In this document: positions 13,323-21,641 of the stretch, in pieces
Position numbering within the stretch: the stretch's first letter is position 1
How the letters are laid out: each line of letters begins with the position of its first letter
Assembly (NCBI GenBank): GCA_977017575.1
Contig: CDRNVI010000021.1
Span: 186,001-250,000, forward strand
DNA from: Paramoeba atlantica
Taxonomy: Eukaryota > Protista > Discosea
Reading direction: 5' to 3'
DNA length: 64,000 nucleotides
Notes under the pieces: model-generated
What the model saw: the letters and a program-made list of their open reading frames with translations, nothing else
Database searches by the model: none
Told to the model about the DNA's origin: nothing
Program-made: the position numbers and the translations under genes

Positions 13323-13602
13323 CCGTATACCCCCCAGAAAGGTACCCCCCCCCCCCAGTAAGAGAAATTCGGATCGGGACCCCCACAGGAAGCGTATAGG
13401 GGGTAGGGGGTGAGTGTCCGCACGTCGGGGGCCTCGGGGGTAACCCAAATAAGCGTTTTAACACGCTTTCAGAAGCAAAAAATTAAAATTTGTCTAAAAT
13501 GTTGGAGGAAAAGATAAAACTGGCCAAAAAAGTATACCCCCCAGTAAGAGAGATTTGGCCATTTTGACCCAAAACCCATTCTCTTACTTGGGGGGTATAC
13601 GG
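13323..13602. mobile_element. MITE (CCGTATACCCCCCA...TGGGGGGTATACGG)
   Basis: TIRs with TA flanks. Confidence 0.75.
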
Positions 13603-13662
13603 TATAATGAAATGCTGATTTTTTACATGCACGGAGTCTTAGGTTTGCGAGTTCAGGTCATA

Positions 13663-13775
13663 TAGGGGGGATCAGCTCGATCTGGAGGCGGTCTAAAAAT
13701 GTTAATACTTGACCAGTTTTGGAAAATAATAGCGCATTCGAGAGCTCTCACATAGCCCTCTGGTGCAATATATTG
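13663..13775 (-). mobile_element. 3' TIR half of a Tc1-like relic whose other half resumes at 41843
   Basis: Joined to 41851 onward it aligns with 55563-55745: spacing from GAGAGCTCTC to AAAAACGTCAA is 68 nt versus 69 nt. Confidence 0.75.
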
Positions 13776-14329
13776 GTAGGGTTGGTTACCCTAGTCTAGA
13801 CGCAGCCTAGTAAGGGGTCACCAATCCATCATTATCACGGCGTAGTATACACGCCTTGGCAGGCCTGGCACCGAGTAGACCAGAAAAAAAAATATCTGGC
13901 GGCTAGCTGCGATGCGCAAGCACATCCCACTTAAGGGGCTGTCTACCGTACGATGGTGATCTCCCCAGCATACGATTCAACGCATGTCGAGGAGGCCTTC
14001 GTTCGGAGCCGGGATAGGATCCTGTATATACGATTTTGTATATACGCATCCGAACAAGAGGCTGATATACATACTTTAATAAAAGGTGAAATCTAACATT
14101 ACAGACACTAGTAGAAAGGGTATTCACTTATTTTATTGTTCATTGTGTTACCTTTTTGGGTGATGTTAAACCGCACACCATACACATAGGACATAGAATA
14201 AATGTATTTAAATACATTGTGTATTCTACATGAATATACCACACCGGGAGAAGTAGCAGTACACGGTAAGAGTCAAACAATTCTTTTGTACGTCAGCACT
14301 CTAGGCATGCAGGGCCCATAAACAAGAGA

Positions 14330-16108
14330 TTAACCCATCGGTAGATGACGCTTTGCGTATTCGATGGCAGAACTTAAAATGTCCATCTTGACGCAAAATC
14401 CGTGTTCGCTTCTAGTTAATCCATCGGCAGGGTTGCATTGGGACGGGATATAAAAGACTTGTTTCGTGAGTTGGCTTGAGGTACACGCGTCCTCCAGAAC
14501 TAAAAGTTGCTGACAAATATCTTCTCTGCTGGAAGTCCGTCTCATAAGAGCATGAACTGTGTCTGTATTATCACAGCCGAGGAGGACATGCTCAGCAAGT
14601 GTCCACGCGCTCGTTAGGGCTAAAGAGGCAGCTTGAAATTCTAATTTGTAGATGTCAGCACATTCTCTGGCAGGAATAGTTTTTTCCACCAAAATGCGCC
14701 CTTCCCGGGAGCATATGCAATAACCCAAGTGCGATAGTGAGGCATCTGAAAAGGCAATCACATAATCATTGATAGCTTTGGGGCATACACGGGAGTTTTC
14801 ACAATTCTGTAGTACCTGTATAAACGCATTAAGTAAAAGGACTAGTTGGTCCTTGGAAAGACCGTGTTTATCGCGCGTTTGTTTGTTAAAGACAGCCCTT
14901 CCCAGCGTATGAATGTCGTAGACCGATGCGAAAGGTGCATTTCTTACCAGAGTGTCCCACATAATGACCCCTATTATGTGTTGGACTTCTTGTACAGTCT
15001 GGCACGTCAATGGCTGTAACAAAGACCATTTTTTGATGTTCTCAAGAGAGTGCTTCCAAAGAAGCGACTGTTCACACCATCGAAAGTCAAATCCTAGAAA
15101 TGAACCCGTTGTGGTGGGGGACGTTAAGAACTTCCAGTTAATGCTAAAGCCGAGTGGGGCACTCTTTGCTGCTCTTCGAAGCTTGTTGTATATTTCTTCC
15201 GCAACACAACGATTATTTGATATTGTTAGTATATTATCAACCCACAAGAAAACTACACCACAGCGTTGCTGATCACGTTTTCTTGCTATCCAAATGTATG
15301 ATGGAGGAACATTAATTTGTTCCCTTACTAAAACATAAGTATAACCGATGGGAAGAGCATTCAGGACAATGATCCACCCCAGACATTGTGCTATATATGG
15401 CGCCCATGAAAACCCCATGGGTAAAACTTTTAGCTCAAAGACTTGCTTTGCACACTTGATGGAGAAAATATTCCTTATTCCATCCGGTAACGGAATGTGA
15501 TGGAACCAGTGGCGAATGTCACCCGTTACCACAATTCCTGAAGGAAACCATGATAGTGCATAAATAATTTCTTCTATTGAAGGAAGATTTATAGGATGAG
15601 GCTTTTCGCACAACTGGTTAAGAGGTGTGCCATCAACAATACTCCTACTTAATGACTTTGTTTTCTCTACTTCAAAATATCTTAAGAAAACCCGTGGAAC
15701 CTTGTGCGGAATCCTTACGTGGTCAAGAACATCCGCTTCACGTAGCTCTTGAAGATGGGGCATCCACTGTTCGTGTGATTGGTCCCCACAGCTATCCCCT
15801 AAGGGGTCTAACTTAATCATTGAGAGAAAAGATTTAGCGTTTAGTAGAGAAGCAACGCAAAGATGAGCCCACCCATGCTCTTGCACCAATGAGATGGTAC
15901 TAAGAGCTTTTAAGTTTAATTTGGCGGCTACATTTATCTTGTCTAGTGGTCGCATACCCACTCTATGTTTCTCTATTTTAGCAGAGCTCGCCTGAAACAC
16001 TTCGTATGGGAGTTCGTGCAAAGGTTCTTCCATTACAATAATATAGCTAAAAACAGAAGTAAAGTGTTTGTTGAATACAATGTGGTACCAGATTTGCCTT
16101 GCGCGCAC
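14330..16108 (-). CDS. DIRS/VIPER-type reverse transcriptase + RNase H (first ATG at codon 26)
   Basis: GDIRHWFHHIPL, LPMGFSWAP, WVDN, FLGFDF; RNase H motifs FSDAS, KLEFQAA, CDNT, NPADGLTR. Confidence 0.9.
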   Translation of the reverse strand: MRARQIWYHIVFNKHFTSVFSYIIVMEEPLHELPYEVFQASSAKIEKHRVGMRPLDKINVAAKLNLKALSTISLVQEHGWAHLCVASLLNAKSFLSMIKLDPLGDSCGDQSHEQWMPHLQELREADVLDHVRIPHKVPRVFLRYFEVEKTKSLSRSIVDGTPLNQLCEKPHPINLPSIEEIIYALSWFPSGIVVTGDIRHWFHHIPLPDGIRNIFSIKCAKQVFELKVLPMGFSWAPYIAQCLGWIIVLNALPIGYTYVLVREQINVPPSYIWIARKRDQQRCGVVFLWVDNILTISNNRCVAEEIYNKLRRAAKSAPLGFSINWKFLTSPTTTGSFLGFDFRWCEQSLLWKHSLENIKKWSLLQPLTCQTVQEVQHIIGVIMWDTLVRNAPFASVYDIHTLGRAVFNKQTRDKHGLSKDQLVLLLNAFIQVLQNCENSRVCPKAINDYVIAFSDASLSHLGYCICSREGRILVEKTIPARECADIYKLEFQAASLALTSAWTLAEHVLLGCDNTDTVHALMRRTSSREDICQQLLVLEDACTSSQLTKQVFYIPSQCNPADGLTRSEHGFCVKMDILSSAIEYAKRHLPMG

Positions 16109-16257
16109 CCTAAAACATGGGTAAAACTCTTACTGTTGCGCTTCCAGCTAACAGTCTAGGCAAAATACGGAATAATGACATCATTTAATACCATTTACTT
16201 CCATCCCCTGGTATTACCCTTTATTATCCTACTAATTATATTAGTATCACAAACATT

Positions 16258-17157
16258 TTATTGATTTCGCGGCCGCATATAATGTCTTTCCCTTACTCGG
16301 CTACTCATTCCCGACAAGGCATCCATCATTACATCCAATGCTTCATTTACTACCACCTCCGTCCCCCCGTGACGCAAAGTATGTGTGCCATCAAAGCGCA
16401 CACCGGGTGGCCAAGCAAGTTCTTTTGCTGCTTGCTTCAAACATTTACTAACGTTTCGCTTTTTGTAAGCCGGAAAGGCTAAATAACCATGGGGAACAGT
16501 ATTCATAATTGGTTGAATAATGCTGATCGCGTAGGGGTGTAATGGTTTGTTCCTAAGACGGTCCGTGCTAAACTTCTGTGTTTTATCACACCTTACAACC
16601 AAATACATCCTATTACCTTCCCCACATAAATCACCTCCACGTAATAATTCAACTTCACAAGATCTCAGTGCAGCATAATATTGTACCTTCAATGCATCAG
16701 CGAGTTGAAGGCCGTCACGTCGAACAGCGAACCATGCTACAAGTTGAGTTAACATGCTCTCGGTTACGTACCCCCTAGGCTGGATATCGGTGGACTTCCT
16801 TTTACTTAGACATTTTGCACCTTCAACCGCACGCATGACAATAGGGTCTTTTGCCCATGGCTGTTCCTCTTTTCCCAAGTCCAATCTGTGTACTTCTTGA
16901 AAGAAAAGGAGTGCACTGTGGTATCCTTGGATTGTTGAGCTAGATTTACTTGTTACTGCCAGGTGGTTGAGAAACCCCCCGAAGGCTTCCATAGTAATAA
17001 AAAGGTGACCAGTCTTTCTACAGTGCTGTTTTATAATTTCGATGCGGTTAGTGTATAACGAGAGGGTAGAGGGTGCTATAGAAACAATGGCAAGCTCGTC
17101 AAGAGTTGGGTGCGGACTTTTTTGTTTGTATACCAGCTCGTTCGCCGGTTCAGTCAC
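16258..17157 (-). CDS. Tyrosine recombinase
   Basis: R-H-R-Y tetrad intact (ALRSCE, HTLRHGG, RHY); N-terminal SSTIQGYHSAL. The ORF opens on GTG; the first ATG is at codon 54. Confidence 0.9.
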   Translation of the reverse strand: MTEPANELVYKQKSPHPTLDELAIVSIAPSTLSLYTNRIEIIKQHCRKTGHLFITMEAFGGFLNHLAVTSKSSSTIQGYHSALLFFQEVHRLDLGKEEQPWAKDPIVMRAVEGAKCLSKRKSTDIQPRGYVTESMLTQLVAWFAVRRDGLQLADALKVQYYAALRSCEVELLRGGDLCGEGNRMYLVVRCDKTQKFSTDRLRNKPLHPYAISIIQPIMNTVPHGYLAFPAYKKRNVSKCLKQAAKELAWPPGVRFDGTHTLRHGGTEVVVNEALDVMMDALSGMSSRVRERHYMRPRNQ

Positions 17158-17720
17158 GAGAGTAGCGCCGAATATGCAGTATGCTCTTTTATAGAGAACT
17201 TTAGAGCTTTGGCTTTAGTATTATTTTACAGACACTATGTATCAGTGTAAGTCATTGGAATCTTGCTTACTCTCACTCTTGAAACTTACAAAGTCTACTA
17301 AGTGTTCGTATTTCTGTTTCTAACTGATCTGTTTTCTTACCTGATCTGTTGTTTAGATTCAAACTCTGTATTCCAGAATGGTGCGCACTGCACTGATTCT
17401 ATCAAGAAATTTGTCCGATAATCAATATATAAAAAATGATGACTGATTGAAGCACATCATACCTAATACATATTTTTCTGTTACTCCATAATTCTACCCC
17501 CAGAAGAATCCACACGATATTGATAGAGAAAATAGATGTGAGCCGTTGCTTTCCTTTCCCTTAATAAGTCGCGTAATATATTCGCCGCATTCGTCTGAAA
17601 CAAATAACTATTCCTGCTAAGTCGAAAATATGCATTATTATGAAAGAGAAAGCAAACAGATTCAGAAATATTTTTAAAACTTCTCCGTAAGCTACCAAGT
17701 CGACTCCATTCGCCTGAATG

Positions 17721-18710
17721 CTACTTAGCATGCTGACGAGTCAACAAACCTCGGGCATTCCGTTCCCCCCGCACCACTGTTCCTGACCGAGGTTCTTCGT
17801 GGGCACGCACATATTTTAAGTGCGGCAGACGCTGAAATTTATAAGGATGAGAGTGGCCGACAAAGCTCTTATGCTTGTCCCGACGATATTGTCGTTTAGG
17901 ATAGTTTTTTGCTGCTTCACTCCGATTAAAAATTTTCTTTTCACTTGATTCCGTCTCCAACGACGCATGAACTTCAGCTGGAATATGTATTTTATCTTGA
18001 GAATGAATAAGTCCAACACTCGTGCGGCAAGGTGCAATGCATCGATTTCCGGTGGCCTCTTTGCATCCACTTTTGAACGCGAGAAAAAGAGCTGCCAGCT
18101 CAGAAACAAAGTAATTCGCCGCAATAATTAAACTTTCGTTGCCTCGAATTTCTGGAGGAACGCGTCCTTTCCCCGAGCTAACAAAAAGACCACCGAAGTG
18201 CTCACCAAAGGCAGTACTGAGCAAGGGGTTCGAAAAGTTCCTAAACAACATATCTTCATTCAGCGCATGCCACAACGCCCCGTCAATACATGGGCATTGC
18301 TTTGTCCCAATCCATCCGATGAGTTGTTCATTTGTGTCCCCGTCGGTCGAGCGACAATCTACTTTCTTTGTTGGCTTAGGTGGCTCAAGAATAAGTTCTA
18401 CCAACGAACGTTTCTTGACTTGGTCATCAAGTATCGATGCCAGAAGCTCATGATTTTTCGTTTTCCGTGCTTTCATTAGAGATTGCGCAATCAAGGAGCG
18501 TTCATGCTTCGCTTTATGAGCGAACTCCTTGTCCACAAACTCAAGGAACGTGGTCTGAATGGAGAGTTCTGGGGCTCCGTGGAGGAGTGATACGATAAAG
18601 GAAAGCTCGAAGGGCATATCATATCGTAAAAAACGAGAAGCGTCCCAAGTGGCTTCGGCGAAAGCTACTGGTAAGGATCGCTCACATTCCAGTGGCCCAT
18701 TTTCGGGCAA
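17721..18710 (-). CDS. Putative gag-like ORF1 of the YR element
   Basis: 329-aa first ORF just inside the 5' ITR with a basic C-terminus. Assigned by position only. Confidence 0.55.
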   Translation of the reverse strand: MPENGPLECERSLPVAFAEATWDASRFLRYDMPFELSFIVSLLHGAPELSIQTTFLEFVDKEFAHKAKHERSLIAQSLMKARKTKNHELLASILDDQVKKRSLVELILEPPKPTKKVDCRSTDGDTNEQLIGWIGTKQCPCIDGALWHALNEDMLFRNFSNPLLSTAFGEHFGGLFVSSGKGRVPPEIRGNESLIIAANYFVSELAALFLAFKSGCKEATGNRCIAPCRTSVGLIHSQDKIHIPAEVHASLETESSEKKIFNRSEAAKNYPKRQYRRDKHKSFVGHSHPYKFQRLPHLKYVRAHEEPRSGTVVRGERNARGLLTRQHAK

Positions 18711-19084
18711 ATCAATTTGATTAACGCCTTCTTAGCTTGAAGCCGACCCCTTTCGGCGCATCATGATTAAAATAAATTTTAAAAGGAAATAATGTTGCCA
18801 ATACATGCAAATACGCACGATGCTTAGACTATGTCTTAATCGAATCATCCTTATTTTTTCCTCCTTTTTTTTTCTCGTCTACTCGGTGCCAGGCCTGCCA
18901 AGGCGTGTATACTACGCCGTGATAATGATGGGTTGGTGACCCCTTACTAGGCTGCGTCTAGACTAGGGTAACCAACCCTACCATTGTGTTTATTGAATGC
19001 AGAATCATATTTAGATCTGCAGAGGTAAATTTCTACCTATGCTACGGTCGCATACGACGACCCCGCATAGGCTGTTTTACTAGC

Positions 19085-21475
19085 CTAGCCGCCCCCTTTC
19101 CAGTCGGGTGATTCCCGGTTTAGCCAAATAACAAAGCTACTACGAATTGCTTCGCGTATGGCTTCAAGTTGGCATTCCGTGGACAGCCCTTTGTCACTCC
19201 CAAAAAGGCGGGCTACCTGCCGAAGAGAGGAAGCCGGCAATCCTCTTACACCCACCTCCATACACAGCAGATGTGTGTTCGGGTGATCCATCCTGCGGCG
19301 ATGCAATATATTCTGATATTTTTCCGTTTTGCGGCAGTGTGCCTCCGCGATGTTGTCTTCCCAGGGTACGGTCAGTTCAACGATAAATTCAGTTCCATCG
19401 TGAAGCCTGACCAGGCCATCTGGACGCCGAGTGGTTTCTAGGTCTGCCCACCAACTTGGGAGGTTACGGAGGCCCTCGAGGTCGAATGAGGCCCAGGAGG
19501 TGTTGGGGGAGCCGACGATCGCGTTCGCAAGGACGCTCAACACTCTGTCATGTCGATACGTGTAGCGTCCTTGGTCTAAGGATGTCCTGCAACCTGAGAG
19601 CAGGTGCCTTAAGGTTTCGGGTGCTGAGTTGCAGATACGGCAAGACACACTATTTGCACCATTCTTCCCCCATGTTCTGAGCATGGTCCGGGTAGGAAGT
19701 GGGGCTTGGACCATCACATGTGTAGCGAATCTGCTCAGTGAAGTGCTCCTAAGGCCGTTAATGGCAGCTGCAAAATCTTTCGCCTGATCTTCCTCCGTGT
19801 TCGTGTCCCACCACTGTATGGCAACCGTGGTGCGGCGTCGCAGAGCGTTAATCATACGCTCCTCGTTCAGGTCAATGAGAGTTTTCCTGGCGCGAGATCG
19901 GTCGTTCAAGCAGTGCGTTATGTGAGTTGCGGGCCGTATTTGTCCTTTCAAGCGTCTCTCCTCTTCTTCCCGTATTTTGTTCCGAAGCACAGCTGCGGCA
20001 GCCGGATCTTTGGATTTCTTTAACTGGCACATAAGGTCTGCAGTACATTCATGCCACAGTTGCGACAGGCTCCTCAGTCCCCAGCCGCGCGATGAGTAAA
20101 TTGCTTCGGGACTAGAGCCACGCGCCACGTTAATCCAACGCCGCAGGAAGTTGGTACAGAGTTTCTGGAGTCGGAGGACAAAGTTCATAGTGATGCACGG
20201 GTGGATCGTAAGCGAGAAGCGCAAGCGGGAGATAATGGCATGCTGATATATCCATAGTCGCGAAGGGAGGTCGTGGGCGCTCTTATCGATATTTCTGAGC
20301 CATGAATTAATGAGAGGACGTAGCTTCATGAACAGCGCACGGGACTGTTGTGCTCCAGGGGCGATGATCATGCCCAGAAAGGTGCTACCTGCATCACAGA
20401 TTTGGGGAATGGGAATGTGATTGACCAGAATTTGTGGACGGCGTGTCATGTAACCTGGGTGTTCATCGTCCGGTCGCACGGCCATGCATTGTACCCTACT
20501 CTTTTTCACGTTTATAGATAAACCTATTTTGCGGAGGATTGAGGATAGGGCTCCAAGTGCGATTTGTGACTCCTTCGGGTTGCTGGTGAGGACAGTGAGA
20601 TCGTCAGCGTAGGCCTTTATAAAGCATTTCGCATTGCCTGGCAGATCGAGTCCGTACGCGGGAAAGTTAAGTGTCATATAACGCAGTACTACTTCCATGA
20701 CGATAAGGAATATAGACGGGGAGAGGGTGTCGCCTTGGAGTACCCCACGTTGCACAGGAATTGTAGAGGAGAGACCTTCATAACACTTTATTTGCGTAGA
20801 CGCTCCGTTATATAAACTACTGATGTACCCGAGGAGAGTCGGGGAGATCTTGGCCCATTGCATCGCCTCAAATATAACATTGTGTGGGACTGAACCGAAT
20901 GCGTTGGATAGGTCCAGTTGGGCTAAGCAGTATTGGAGCTTGTTCTTTCTGTAGTGCTGCAAGATTGCATCCAGCGTCTGAGTGTGTTCCAGTGTCCCGT
21001 TGATGGCCGGTAGGAAACCCTTTCGGATTGATGGATCAATTACTGCTGCCTCGACCAGATGGCGGTTTATTTTGCGACTTATGATCGAATGGAGAAGCTT
21101 AGCTAGAACACTGATGAGACTGATGGGGCGCCAGTTTTGGGGTTGATCGTGAGCTCCATTTTTATGAATTAGGCGGGTAACAGAGCATTTCCAGGAAGGT
21201 GGGCAAGTGCGATACTTGAGCAACGCGTTGAAGACTGTAGCGATGTGTGAGTGTACGCTGTGACACCGTTTTAGGATGGTATATGTGATGGTGTCTTGAC
21301 CTGGGGCACTGCCATTCCTTTTCGAGATTAGAGCGTCGGATATTTCGGTCGGGGTCAGCTCTTCCCATGACATGTCGACAAGAGGACGGGTCCCAAGCGA
21401 GTCAGACGGAGGAATGTGGTATTCCTCTGAAGGAGCAGAAAGTGTATCACCAAAGTGCTTTTCCACGCTGTGCAC
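19085..21475 (-). CDS. Reverse transcriptase + zinc knuckle + restriction-like endonuclease
   Basis: KGFL, LDLSNAFGSVPH, GVLQGDTLSP, YADD; CRIC...HLLSGC, RYTYRHDRVL, RPDG...VELTVPWE...KTEKY. Confidence 0.92.
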   Translation of the reverse strand: MHSVEKHFGDTLSAPSEEYHIPPSDSLGTRPLVDMSWEELTPTEISDALISKRNGSAPGQDTITYTILKRCHSVHSHIATVFNALLKYRTCPPSWKCSVTRLIHKNGAHDQPQNWRPISLISVLAKLLHSIISRKINRHLVEAAVIDPSIRKGFLPAINGTLEHTQTLDAILQHYRKNKLQYCLAQLDLSNAFGSVPHNVIFEAMQWAKISPTLLGYISSLYNGASTQIKCYEGLSSTIPVQRGVLQGDTLSPSIFLIVMEVVLRYMTLNFPAYGLDLPGNAKCFIKAYADDLTVLTSNPKESQIALGALSSILRKIGLSINVKKSRVQCMAVRPDDEHPGYMTRRPQILVNHIPIPQICDAGSTFLGMIIAPGAQQSRALFMKLRPLINSWLRNIDKSAHDLPSRLWIYQHAIISRLRFSLTIHPCITMNFVLRLQKLCTNFLRRWINVARGSSPEAIYSSRGWGLRSLSQLWHECTADLMCQLKKSKDPAAAAVLRNKIREEEERRLKGQIRPATHITHCLNDRSRARKTLIDLNEERMINALRRRTTVAIQWWDTNTEEDQAKDFAAAINGLRSTSLSRFATHVMVQAPLPTRTMLRTWGKNGANSVSCRICNSAPETLRHLLSGCRTSLDQGRYTYRHDRVLSVLANAIVGSPNTSWASFDLEGLRNLPSWWADLETTRRPDGLVRLHDGTEFIVELTVPWEDNIAEAHCRKTEKYQNILHRRRMDHPNTHLLCMEVGVRGLPASSLRQVARLFGSDKGLSTECQLEAIREAIRSSFVIWLNRESPDWKGGG

Positions 21476-21641
21476 ATCGCATGTAGGATAGGAGGCTGGG
21501 GCTTCAAGACCGATGTTTCAAGACCGAGGTTTGTCCAATGTTTCGCTAGCGGCGGTCCATGGGTTTCTGTTAAAGCGTTTCAGTGCCCGGCGTTGTTCGA
21601 GTGTTTGCCGCTGTGCGGTGGCCTCCGCATGATAAACCCTT

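Larger units (their letters stand above)
13773..18986 (-). mobile_element. Tyrosine-recombinase retrotransposon (gag-YR-RT/RNaseH order, as in VIPER/TATE) with inverted terminal repeats
   Basis: ITRs at 13774-13892 and 18865-18983 (~119 bp, 2 mismatches); three same-strand ORFs; TTG direct repeat at both junctions (13773-13775, 18984-18986). Confidence 0.9.
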
